In this document: positions 47,832 to 64,000 of the stretch, piece after piece | Layout of the letters: each line of letters starts with the position of its first letter | How positions within the stretch are numbered: the first letter of the stretch is position 1 | Source of the DNA: Gemmatimonadota bacterium | Lineage (GTDB): Bacteria > Gemmatimonadota > Gemmatimonadetes > Gemmatimonadales > Gemmatimonadaceae | Direction: 5' to 3' | DNA: 64,000 nucleotides | NCBI GenBank assembly: GCA_040389905.1 | Contig: JAZJZK010000005.1 | Location: forward strand, 64,001-128,000 | Translations under genes and position numbers: made by a program | The notes under the pieces: model-generated | Seen by the model: only the letters and a program-made list of their open reading frames with translations | What the model was told of the DNA's origin: nothing | The model's database searches: none

Positions 47832-48187
47832 GGGCCCGCACCTCGTTCGAGGCAATCCACAAGGAGTCGGTCGAGCATCGCGTAGCCTTGGGTGACGCCT
47901 TCGGCCATGCGCGACGAAGGTACCCCATCGCGCGCCTCCTTGGAGGCATAACAAATGACAATGGTCAGGGTCGTCCAGTCGCCGTCCCCGACGAGCTCCG
48001 CCGTCGAGACAGCGTCGCCTGGATACCAGGGTGTGTCGAACAGCTCGGTGCTCACGATGCGCTCGGTGGGAATGATTCCGGCTTCGTGAGGGCGTCCCAG
48101 ACGAGTCTCTTCGGCGCGTGAAATCGGCGGGTCATCACGATCTCGCGGTCACCCGCGTGGCAATGTCGAGCGTTCTGTCTGCGTCAT
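47828..48187 (-). pseudogene. SRPBCC (AHSA1/START-like) pseudogene
   Basis: Fragments TLDIAT, GDREIVMTRRFHAPKRLVWDALTKPE and IIPTERIVSTELFDTPWYPG lie in different frames, and the middle of the domain is missing. Confidence 0.8.
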
Positions 48188-48561
48188 CGGGTGTCTCGCT
48201 TTCGTCGTGAGCGCTTGGTCTTCGTCTCATCGGCCTGCATCTCGTCGCGGAGCGTGTCGAGGTTGGCGTACGATTGTTCCCAGAATTGGCGGTAGTGCTC
48301 CAGCCAGCCGCTCGCTTCGGCGAGGGCGCGTCCTTCGAGGCGGCGGGGACGACGTTGCGCATCTCGGCCGCGTGTGATGAGACCTGCGCGCTCGAGGACC
48401 TTCACGTGCTTCGAGATGGCGGGTTGGCTCATGTCGAATGGCTCTGCCAGCTCGGCGACCGAGGCTTCGCCGGTGGCCAGTCGGGCGAGGATGGCGCGTC
48501 GCGTGGGATCCGCGAGCGCGGCAAGGTCGCGTCGAGCCGATTCTGCGGCGCCTGAGCACAA
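48184..48561 (-). pseudogene. ArsR family regulator, probably frameshifted at the 5' end
   Basis: ALADPTRRAIL...SQPAISKHVKVLERAGL; upstream NRLDAT is out of frame by one base at 48523-48524, and there is no good in-frame start. Confidence 0.7.
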
Positions 48562-48590
48562 CCAGGTAGTTGCATAACCGACAAGTTATG
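48557..48590. promoter_or_regulatory. Tandem operator palindromes upstream of the ArsR gene
   Basis: CATAAC-N6-GTTATG (48573-48590) and adjacent CAAC-N6-GTTG (48559-48572). Confidence 0.65.
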
Positions 48591-48653
48591 TAAAGCTGGC
48601 GGCCGTCAAAGGCGAAATGACGCTCCCGACGTCGTTCATGCATATTGCCGCGC

Positions 48654-49568
48654 ATGAAGGTGACCGTGGTTGTGCCCACATATCGGCGGGTCGAGGATCT
48701 CGACAGGTGCCTCGCCGCGCTACGCGAGCAGACACGACCCGCGGAGGAAGTGCTCGTCACCATTCGGAATGACGACGCCGAGTCCACCGCACTCGTTGAA
48801 CAGAGCGCGCGAGGTTGGCCCTCTCTCCGCGCGGTACCTGTCAAGCGACCTGGAGTCGTTGCCGCGATGAACGCCGCACTCGCGGCCGTCACGGGCGACA
48901 TCTACGCACTCACGGACGACGACGCCGAACCGCACCGCGACTGGCTGGCGCGAATCGTACCGATTTTCGAGCAGCAGCCCGGCGTCGCAGCGGTCGGCGG
49001 CCGAGACGATCAGGTGGGGGCTCCAGGAGACAAAACCACGGTGGGCAAGCTGCAATGGTTCGGCAGAATCATCGGCAACCATCACGTCGGTGCCGGTCCA
49101 GCACGAGAGGTCGACGTCGTGAAGGGCGTGTGCTCCGCGTTTCGGATGTCGGCGCTCCGCGAGATCGGATTCGACGAGCGCCTGCGCGGCTCCGGCGCGC
49201 AGGTCCACTGGGAGCTCTCACTCTGCCTCGCACTCGCGCGCGCAGGGTGGCGGTTGGTCTACGATCCCGCGATCCGCGTGCGCCACCATGTGGGAACACG
49301 ACACGACGCCGATCAACTCCACCGCGGGCGCTTCGCTGTGGAGCCCCACGAGAACGCAGTCTACAACGAGACGCTGGTGCTCGCCGAGCACCTGCGTGGC
49401 GCTCGGCGAGTGGCGTTCAAGCTGTGGGCGTCTGCGATCGGGACAGCGGTGGAACCAGGAGTGCTACAGGTGCCACGCGCGTTTCTGCGCGATGGTTTCG
49501 GCGCTCTTACGCGCTGGCGGGCGACGCAGCGAGCGAGAGGAGAAGGGTTTCGAGATGCGAGGCGTTGA
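48654..49568 (+). CDS. Glycosyltransferase family 2
   Basis: VVVPTYRR, TDDDA, GFDERL and YDP..RVRHH. Confidence 0.92.
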   Translation: MKVTVVVPTYRRVEDLDRCLAALREQTRPAEEVLVTIRNDDAESTALVEQSARGWPSLRAVPVKRPGVVAAMNAALAAVTGDIYALTDDDAEPHRDWLARIVPIFEQQPGVAAVGGRDDQVGAPGDKTTVGKLQWFGRIIGNHHVGAGPAREVDVVKGVCSAFRMSALREIGFDERLRGSGAQVHWELSLCLALARAGWRLVYDPAIRVRHHVGTRHDADQLHRGRFAVEPHENAVYNETLVLAEHLRGARRVAFKLWASAIGTAVEPGVLQVPRAFLRDGFGALTRWRATQRARGEGFRDARR

Positions 49569-49691
49569 ACGGATGATTTCGCCGCGCCGTGTAGCGGAGC
49601 ATTGGCAACGCGCGAGGCGATTTTACCGCAGAGGGCCTGAGAGGCGCGAGGTACGCAGAGGAAAAGCGTAACAGCGGGGTGCTGCTTGTTT

Positions 49692-49846
49692 TGTCGCCCT
49701 GAGCAGAGCGAAAGGCCCGTACCTGCTGTTGCGCAGTTTCGTGAGGTGCGGGCCCTTCGCGTTGCTCAGGGCGACACAACAGGCGGATCGCTCCACCCCT
49801 GACGATCTGTAAGCTGCGGCTGACCACTGAGCACCTGGCGCATCTG
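49692..49846. repeat. REP-like inverted pair plus composite element arm
   Basis: TGTCGCCCTGAGCA...TGCTCAGGGCGACA, followed by an arm shared with 33248-33300. Confidence 0.8.
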
Positions 49847-49873
49847 CGGCCGGTGCTCCGCCAGTCCGGCGAA

Positions 49874-51574
49874 TCACCCCACCTGCGACGGCTCCAGCTT
49901 CTCCAGGCTGCCCCCCAACATCATCATGATCGCGTAGGCTTCGGCGGCGAGAATCCCACCGCTCACGATCCCGACGAACGGAAATGCGACGAGCGGCAAT
50001 GAGCGCCAGTAGAAGTACCCACCCGCGCCAACCGCCGCCGGCACGATGAGCAGCACAAACAGCATGAACAGCGTGATGATCATCACGAGCATCGTCTGCC
50101 CGACCGCTTCGATGCCGTTCGTTCCGCCCTCGCCCATGCGCACCCACGCAGGAAAGAGCAACGCAAGGCCATTATGAATGGTGAAGTTGGCCAGGTTGAT
50201 TCCCAGTAGCAGAATGGGCGCTCCCATCAGGATCCCGATCCGCATCTCCAGCGGGAGCGGAACCTTGGGCAAAAACGACAACGCCAGTATTCCGGAAATC
50301 GAGAGAAGAAACTGCATGATGGCGGTCGGGGACGAACTGCTGGCGATCTCCGCGAGCATGATCTGACGACCGCGCAACGGCATCGTCTTCAGCATCGGCA
50401 GTCGCGTCAGTGCTCCGCGAAGGTCGTTGCGAATCGTCATCGGACCGAAAATGACGGTCACAAAAATCAGCGCGAAGCTGGTAACCGCCACCATGATCTC
50501 GCCCAATTCCGTTCGGCCCTTGAAGACGATTGCGAGGAGGGCACACAGTAGCGGCAGCCCGATCAGCGTTCGCGTCATCCCCGTCCGCATGAGGAAGAGG
50601 TAGTTCTTCCAGATGATCGCGACGGATCGAGGCCCCGTCGGCGCCAGCCGAATGGTCCGCCGGTTCACCTTCGTATTCAACACCGCGCCGCTCACACCGC
50701 GCGAGCGCAGGTCGGCCAGGCGCTTGGCTTGCTTGACCGATGCCTCGGCCGCCGCTTCCTCGAACTGCGAGTCGGTGCGAAGGACCCAGATGATGTGCAA
50801 TGCGAACAGCGCCACGGCGCCAAGCATGGCCTGCGCCCACGCTGCCCCATGTTCGGCGAACGCCGGCGCGACGGCGAGGCGGAATGGGAATAGAACCCAG
50901 CTGACTGGAGGGCTTGTCATGACGCCAACGATCGCTGTCGCGGCAGCGCCACCACTCGCGGCGTTCGAGAGCGCATCCCGAACACCGTAGAACCCGAACG
51001 CAATCGCCGCCGCCGCGGAAACGAACAGCAGAATCGCCACCCAATTCTTGCGGAACCCCGCTGTACCATGCTCGCCGCTCGATGCGCGCACGAGCGCTAC
51101 GCCGAGGCGATGGGTATTGATGATGGAGAGGACGACCCAGTAGCTCAGTGCGCGCTCGACGCTTCCGCCCTTGCCGCGAAAGATGACGACCCAGATCAGG
51201 GTCGTCGTCAATACGGCCGCTTGCGCGCGCGCAAGCTTGTAGAGAATCAGCGCACGCCGCGATACCGGAGCGGTGAAGAGCAGCGAGACTTCCGCTTGCG
51301 TGAATGCCAGCGCCTGCGCGTCGGTCCCGACGATCCAGAAATAGGAGATCACGACGAAGAGGAGGAGCGGCACCAACTGGCCGAACAGATCCGACGCGAA
51401 GGGATTGGGGGCGCCGGCGCGCTGACTCCGGGTCTGGTTGAAGAAGACCATCCAGAAGTAGCCGAGCCCGAGCAGCAGCGCGATCGCATACCGTGGGTTC
51501 TTCACGCGCTTGATCTGCGACAGCACCTTGTTTCTCGTGCTTGTCGCGATGAGATACGCGAATGCAGCGATCAT
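49874..51574 (-). CDS. Putative ABC exporter permease
   Basis: More than ten TM segments; ATGA overlap with the ABC ATPase. Confidence 0.85.
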   Translation of the reverse strand: MIAAFAYLIATSTRNKVLSQIKRVKNPRYAIALLLGLGYFWMVFFNQTRSQRAGAPNPFASDLFGQLVPLLLFVVISYFWIVGTDAQALAFTQAEVSLLFTAPVSRRALILYKLARAQAAVLTTTLIWVVIFRGKGGSVERALSYWVVLSIINTHRLGVALVRASSGEHGTAGFRKNWVAILLFVSAAAAIAFGFYGVRDALSNAASGGAAATAIVGVMTSPPVSWVLFPFRLAVAPAFAEHGAAWAQAMLGAVALFALHIIWVLRTDSQFEEAAAEASVKQAKRLADLRSRGVSGAVLNTKVNRRTIRLAPTGPRSVAIIWKNYLFLMRTGMTRTLIGLPLLCALLAIVFKGRTELGEIMVAVTSFALIFVTVIFGPMTIRNDLRGALTRLPMLKTMPLRGRQIMLAEIASSSSPTAIMQFLLSISGILALSFLPKVPLPLEMRIGILMGAPILLLGINLANFTIHNGLALLFPAWVRMGEGGTNGIEAVGQTMLVMIITLFMLFVLLIVPAAVGAGGYFYWRSLPLVAFPFVGIVSGGILAAEAYAIMMMLGGSLEKLEPSQVG

Positions 51575-52311
51575 GCGGTAGGCGCCCGTTCGTCGGTGCC
51601 GGTGAGTTCGAGGAAGACGTCCTCGAGCGACTTCCCCGCGAGGTCGGGTCGGGTCGCCACGATGGATTCCAGGGTGCCGGAGGCGACGCAACTCCCGCGA
51701 CGAATGATGAACAAGCTCGTGCAGAGTTCTTCGACGAGCGTGAGCAGGTGGGAGCTGAGGATGACCGCGGCGCCGGCTTTTGCGCGGTTGGCGATGGTGG
51801 CACGCATGCGACGCATGCCGCCCGGATCGAGTCCGGTGAGCGGCTCATCGAGAATGAGCACCTTGGGATCGTGCAGGAGGCCGCAGGCAATCGCCAGCTT
51901 CTGCTTCATCCCGCGCGAAAGCTCGGTCGACATGGCTCGCCGCTTGTCGGCGATCTCGAGCTCATCGAGCAACGGTCCGATGCGCGACTCCACGTCAGCA
52001 ACGCCATACAGACGTCCGATGAAGCGTAGATGTTCGTCGACCGTGAGGTGATCGAACAAGTGCGGCTCGTCGGGAATGAACGCGAGCGCATCCTTGGCGG
52101 GCACCGGGTCCTTCTGGATATCATGGCCGGCGATCGTCACCGTGCCGAGCGAAGGCGCGATGATGCCTGAGAGGCATCGGAGGGTGGTGGTCTTGCCGGC
52201 TCCGTTGGGGCCGACCAGGCCAAGCACTTCGCCCGGATTCACCGTGAAGGAGATCCGGTCGACCGCCGTGAAATCGCCGTACTGGCGAGTCAATCCGTTG
52301 ACAGAAATCAT
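51571..52311 (-). CDS. ABC transporter ATP-binding protein
   Basis: GPNGAGKTT, LSRGMKQK and LDEPLTGLD. Confidence 0.95.
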   Translation of the reverse strand: MISVNGLTRQYGDFTAVDRISFTVNPGEVLGLVGPNGAGKTTTLRCLSGIIAPSLGTVTIAGHDIQKDPVPAKDALAFIPDEPHLFDHLTVDEHLRFIGRLYGVADVESRIGPLLDELEIADKRRAMSTELSRGMKQKLAIACGLLHDPKVLILDEPLTGLDPGGMRRMRATIANRAKAGAAVILSSHLLTLVEELCTSLFIIRRGSCVASGTLESIVATRPDLAGKSLEDVFLELTGTDERAPTA

Positions 52312-52392
52312 TGGTCGTGAGAAGGATGAGCGGGGGGGCTCTCGCGCAGAAGGAGGCTACTTCTCGGCACGGCCGGGCGTTAGGGTTGCAGA

Positions 52393-53550
52393 GTGACTAC
52401 TACGTCCTCACTACTTGATTGGTTTGCTATCGTTGCCCCCGGCCTCGAGCCGCTCGCCCTCCGCGAAGCGAGATCGCTTGGTTTGAACGCCAACCTCGAG
52501 GACGGGGGAATTGCGTGGAGTCGCGACGCCGAGTCGGGTCTGAGGGCGAATGCCGCGCTGCGGATTCCGTCGCGGGTGGTCGCTCGGCTCGCGAGCTTCG
52601 AGGCACGATCCTTTGCGGAGCTGGAGCGTCACGCGCGGAAGGTCGCGTGGTGGCGCGTCCTGCGCTCCGGCGACGCCGTCCGCTTTCGCGTCACGTGCAA
52701 GAAATCGAAGCTCTACCATTCGGATGCGGTGGCCCAACGGTTCGCGGATGCGGTGGTCAGGTCGATTCCAGGGGTTCGCGCCGAGGGTGGAAGCATCACG
52801 GACGACGAGGCGAATGAGGAGGAGGATGTCGCGCTCATCGTCGTCCGCGTCATGCGTGATGTGGTGACCGTGAGCGCTGACAGTTCAGGTGCATTGCTGC
52901 ATCGGCGAGGCTACCGGCAGGCTACTGCGAAGGCTCCGCTGCGTGAGACGATCGCAGCGGCGATGATTGCGGCGTCGGACTGGGACGGAACGTCGCCGCT
53001 GGTGGATCCGCTCTGTGGATCAGGCACGATTCCTATTGAAGCGGCGCTTCAGGCGCGAGGGATTGCTCCCGGAGCGCAGCGACGTTTTGCGATGGAGCGG
53101 TGGCCGACCGTTGAAGCTGGCCTCGGTGATCGGGTGCGCGCGGAGCTCAAGTCCCGAGAGCCACGCAATGGCCACCTCGTGATCGTCGGCAGCGACAGGG
53201 ACGCCGGTGCCATCGCCGCGGCGACATCGAACGCGGCACGCGCGGGCGTTGAAGGCGACGTCGCCTTTGCGATCCACTCCTTGTCGGCGGCGCGCTTTCC
53301 CAGCGCGTCGCGCGGCTGGGTGGTGACCAACCCTCCGTATGGCGTGCGGGTGGGCGACGCGGATCGCGTGCGGGATCTCTGGGCGCAGCTGGGAAATGTG
53401 CTTAGGGAGCGTACGCCGGGATGGCGCCTGGCGCTGCTTTCGCCGGATCCCATGCTCGACAGGCAGTTGAGAATTCCGCTCAAGGCCGTCGTGACGACCA
53501 GCAACGGCGGAATTCCGGTGCGAATCATGGTCGGCGACATCCCGTCATGA
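52393..53550 (+). CDS. THUMP-domain RNA methyltransferase (RlmL-like)
   Basis: LHRRGYR, APLRETIAA, DPLCGSGTI and NPPYG. Confidence 0.9.
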   Translation: MTTTSSLLDWFAIVAPGLEPLALREARSLGLNANLEDGGIAWSRDAESGLRANAALRIPSRVVARLASFEARSFAELERHARKVAWWRVLRSGDAVRFRVTCKKSKLYHSDAVAQRFADAVVRSIPGVRAEGGSITDDEANEEEDVALIVVRVMRDVVTVSADSSGALLHRRGYRQATAKAPLRETIAAAMIAASDWDGTSPLVDPLCGSGTIPIEAALQARGIAPGAQRRFAMERWPTVEAGLGDRVRAELKSREPRNGHLVIVGSDRDAGAIAAATSNAARAGVEGDVAFAIHSLSAARFPSASRGWVVTNPPYGVRVGDADRVRDLWAQLGNVLRERTPGWRLALLSPDPMLDRQLRIPLKAVVTTSNGGIPVRIMVGDIPS

Positions 53551-54017
53551 GCGACGGGCGAGTCGGGAGGATCGTGGGTCTCCAGCGTTCCGGCGGCGGT
53601 GTGCCGAAGCTACCGATCGAGCGCGCCGTTGTCGGATACGGCGGCATCGAGGGCGACTGGCAGCGCAATAGAAAACACCACGGCGGCCCGGATCGCGCGC
53701 TGTGTCTGTACTCGATGGAGCTGATCGAACCGTTGGTGCTCGAAGGTCACCCGATCTTTCCGGGCGCGATTGGAGAGAACGTGACGATCTCCTGCCTCGA
53801 TTGGCGGCTGGTGCAGCCGGGCGTGCGACTGCGACTCGGCGATGTAGAAGTCGAGGCGACAGCGTTCACGGTGCCGTGCAAGACGATCGCTGGGGCGTTC
53901 GCCGACGGGCGATTCGTGCGTGTGAGTGAGCAGCTCTTTCCCGGCTGGAGCCGCTTGTACGTGCGCGTGCTTCACCCGGGCGAAATTGCCGTGCACGATG
54001 CGGTGACAATCGGGTAG
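53547..54017 (+). CDS. MOSC domain protein (YiiM-like)
   Basis: GGVPK, HHGGPDRALC, GENVT and PC; ATGA overlap with the methyltransferase. Confidence 0.9.
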   Translation: MSDGRVGRIVGLQRSGGGVPKLPIERAVVGYGGIEGDWQRNRKHHGGPDRALCLYSMELIEPLVLEGHPIFPGAIGENVTISCLDWRLVQPGVRLRLGDVEVEATAFTVPCKTIAGAFADGRFVRVSEQLFPGWSRLYVRVLHPGEIAVHDAVTIG

Positions 54018-54037
54018 AACAGCAAAGCACCAACAAG

Positions 54038-54101
54038 GAACGCGGATTGAGCGGATTGGGCCGATCGGATCTGATCCGCTCCATCCGCTCAATCCGCGTT
54101 C
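54038..54101. repeat. Inverted repeat element, GCGGATTGA 9-mer family, copy 3
   Basis: GAACGCGGATTGAGCGGAT...ATCCGCTCAATCCGCGTTC. Confidence 0.88.
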
Positions 54102-54159
54102 GTGGTCGATCTTCCTAAATGTGTAACAACAGATATTGATTTGAGTGCAACACCTTGAT

Positions 54160-54260
54160 AATCAACGAGTTGCATGTGCCAGAGATGCATTCCACCACTG
54201 CCCGATTCTTGCAGAGTGAACTGCCGGCGCTCGAACGCCCGAGGTCGGCACGGTTATTGA
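54160..54260 (+). promoter_or_regulatory. IHF consensus site and sigma54-like promoter upstream of the poly-HAMP kinase
   Basis: AATCAACGAGTTG fits WATCAANNNNTTR (54160-54172); CGGCACGGTTATTGA (54246-54260) has GA instead of GC at -12. Confidence 0.45.
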
Positions 54261-54376
54261 ACGGCCCGCCACGCGGCATTCTATTGTCAAAAAACTGTAG
54301 CGCATGTTCCAACCAAGGCTGCCACGGCTCGTCACCGTGGCCTTTCGCATCTGTTTCCCTTCAGAGGAGCTGACCT

Positions 54377-61587
<7,211 letters not shown>

Positions 61588-61603
<16 letters not shown>

Positions 61604-62460
61604 CCGGAGGCGAGCATCTTCCCGGACCGCCGTACGCGTACGATGCGGATCTCGAGCACATGGAGATTGAACTGCTCCTCGAGGGCGTGTTTCGTCACTA
61701 TGGATTCGATTTCCGTTCGTACGCGTATGCGTCCATTCGCCGCCGGCTGTGGAAGCGGGTGGAGGGCGAGGGGCTGCGCACGATTTCCGATCTGCAGGCC
61801 CGCATTCTCCACGATCAGGACGCCATGGAGCGATTGCTGCTCGACCTCTCGGTCAACGTCACCGCGATGTTTCGTGATCCGAGCTTTTACAAGGAGTTCC
61901 GGGAACACGTCGTGCCTGTCCTTCGCACGTACCCGTTCATCCGCATCTGGCATGCGGGCTGTTCGACGGGCGAAGAGGTGTACTCGATGGCGATCCTGCT
62001 CGAGGAAGAGGGCCTCTATGACCGCGCGCGGCTGTACGCCACCGACATCAATGATGTCGTGCTCCAACGCGCGAAACAGGGCATCTTCCCGCTCGACCGG
62101 ATGCAGGAATACACCGACAACTACATCCGCGCCGGTGGAAGCCGCTCGTTTTCGGAGTATTACACTGCGAAATACGATGGGGCGCTGTTTTCTCCGGCAC
62201 TCACCAGGAACGTCGTCTTTTCGCAGCACAACCTGGTGACTGACCGTTCGTTCGCCGAATTCCACGTCATCTTTTGCCGAAACGTGCTCATCTACTTCGA
62301 CAAGACGCTGCAGAATCGAGTCCACAAGCTGTTCTACGAATCACTCGTGATGTTCGGCGTGCTGGCGCTCGGCAGCAAGGAGTCACTCAAGTTCTCGCAG
62401 TATGAGCCGTGTTACGAGAAGCTCAGCCCGACGGAAAAGCTCTATCGGAAAGTCTATTGA
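61588..62460 (+). CDS. cheR: CheR-type protein-glutamate methyltransferase
   Basis: [27 protein letters not shown] and CRNVLIYF; start approximate. Confidence 0.93.
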
Positions 62461-63062
62461 TGATTGACACTCGCGGAGTCGGTTACGATGTCGTGGTGGT
62501 CGGCACGTCCTGGGGCGGACTGGCCGCGCTGCGCACGCTCGTGAGCGGGCTCCCCGAATCGTTTCAAATGGCGGTCACACTGGTGCAGCACAGGCATCGG
62601 GATTCCGACCATCTGCTTCGCACGCTCTTGCAGGAGCGATCGATGCTCGAGGTGTGCGAGGTCGAGGACAAGATGCCGCTGGAGAATGGGCATATCTACG
62701 TTGCCCCACCCGACTATCACACGTTGGTGGAACCAGGCCACTTCTCGCTCAGCACCGAAGCCCCGGTGCGGTATAGCCGGCCGTCCATCGATGTGACCTT
62801 CATGTCGGCAGCGGACAGCTATGGTCATCGAACCGTTGGGGTCGTGCTCACGGGGGCAAACGGCGATGGCAGCCTGGGTCTGAAGCGCATTTCAGACCGC
62901 GGCGGTCTGGCGATCGTGCAGGACCCCGCAACGGCGGAAAGCGCAACGATGCCCGCGGCCGCGGCCAAGGCCGTCCCGCGCGCGAAAACAATGTCGCTCG
63001 AGGAGATGGTCCTGTTCCTCGCGCAACTACCGGCGGGCTCGCCGGAACGGGCTGACCGGTGA
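62460..63062 (+). CDS. cheB: CheB methylesterase domain (no REC)
   Basis: GTSWGG, VQH, APPDYH, RPSID, LTGANGDG and SATMP. Confidence 0.93.
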   Translation: MIDTRGVGYDVVVVGTSWGGLAALRTLVSGLPESFQMAVTLVQHRHRDSDHLLRTLLQERSMLEVCEVEDKMPLENGHIYVAPPDYHTLVEPGHFSLSTEAPVRYSRPSIDVTFMSAADSYGHRTVGVVLTGANGDGSLGLKRISDRGGLAIVQDPATAESATMPAAAAKAVPRAKTMSLEEMVLFLAQLPAGSPERADR

Positions 63063-64000
63063 ACACCGACATCGTCATCGCGGCGCCGCCGCTGCCGCTC
63101 GCTGTGGGCCTCCAGACCCTTCCCAGTGCCAGTGAGCCGGTGGAGATCCTCATTGTCGATGACCGGGCAGAGAATCTTCTGGCGCTCGAAGCCATCCTCG
63201 AGCCGCTCGGGCAAACGCTCGTGCGCGCCAATTCGGGCGATGAAGCGCTCCGGAAGCTGTTGACGCACAACGTGGCCATGATCCTCCTCGACGTACAGAT
63301 GCCGGGAATCAATGGCTTCGAAACGGCCCGCATCATCAAATCGCGGGAACGGACGAGATACATCCCGATCATTTTCCTCACCGCCATCAGCAAGGACGAG
63401 GAATATGTCTTCGAAGGCTATTCCGTCGGTGCAGTGGATTACCTGGCCAAGCCGTTTCAGCCGGACATCCTGCGCTCGAAGGTCAGCGTCTTCGTCGACC
63501 TGTACCAGAAGCAGCGTCAGCTCGCCGTGCAGCAGCAGTTGCTTACCGAAGGCGATCGTCGCGAGCTCGAACTTCGGCACATGCGCGAGATCTACGAGTC
63601 GGAGGCGCGCTTCTCCGAGATCGTCGGCTCAGCCATGGATGCGATCATCGCATTCGACACGGATGGCGCACTGACGCTCTTCAACACGGCGGCCGAGCGC
63701 ATGTTCGGTACGTCGGCGGCTAACGCACTCAAAGGCGATGTCAGGCGCTTCTTCCCCGAGAGCATGCGAGAGGACCTGCTCGACCGCATCTGCTCACATA
63801 CGGGCGGGCCAGACGCCCCCAGGGATCAGAGCTCGAACACACTGTCGCTGGTTGGCGCCCGCAACACCGGAGAGGAATTCCCTGTCGAGGCGACGGCGAG
63901 TTGCCTCGACGTGCGTGGCAAGAAGACGTACACGCTCATTGTCCGCGACATCTCGGAGCGGAAGCGGGCGGAGGACGAGCTGCAGGAGCAGGCGAAGTCG
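63059..64000 (+). CDS. REC-PAS signalling protein, probably a hybrid kinase (3' end runs off the window)
   Basis: Read by hand: GTGA overlap with cheB; ILIVDDRAENL, LLDVQMP, FLTA and KPF, then a PAS domain (AMDAIIAFD...FNTAAERMFG). Confidence 0.9.
   Translation, partial: MNTDIVIAAPPLPLAVGLQTLPSASEPVEILIVDDRAENLLALEAILEPLGQTLVRANSGDEALRKLLTHNVAMILLDVQMPGINGFETARIIKSRERTRYIPIIFLTAISKDEEYVFEGYSVGAVDYLAKPFQPDILRSKVSVFVDLYQKQRQLAVQQQLLTEGDRRELELRHMREIYESEARFSEIVGSAMDAIIAFDTDGALTLFNTAAERMFGTSAANALKGDVRRFFPESMREDLLDRICSHTGGPDAPRDQSSNTLSLVGARNTGEEFPVEATASCLDVRGKKTYTLIVRDISERKRAEDELQEQAKS

Overview
High-GC bacterial chromosomal segment; gene content and protein style suggest Gemmatimonadota (inference). 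About 57 CDS can be supported. Signalling genes: two eukaryotic-like Ser/Thr kinases, several hybrid histidine kinases, a sigma54 activator-fliA-flgM-like module with readable cis-elements, and a 2408-aa poly-HAMP hybrid kinase followed by cheR, cheB and a REC-PAS protein. Other genes: three-subunit transhydrogenase (pntAA/pntAB/pntB), M28 peptidase, deoxynucleoside kinase, a four-gene operon with two Tat-type Rieske proteins, rbsC/rbsB-like genes, an SPFH protein, tandem plug-domain paralogs, recQ, hsp20, osmC, sufE, a decaying ArsR-SRPBCC-AlkD-like operon and an ABC exporter. Intergenic DNA carries at least six families of palindromic/inverted repeats (REP/MITE-like), and no cognate transposase is present in the window. 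I recognised no rRNA, tRNA or CRISPR array. All product calls come from motif recognition by eye; no database searches were run.
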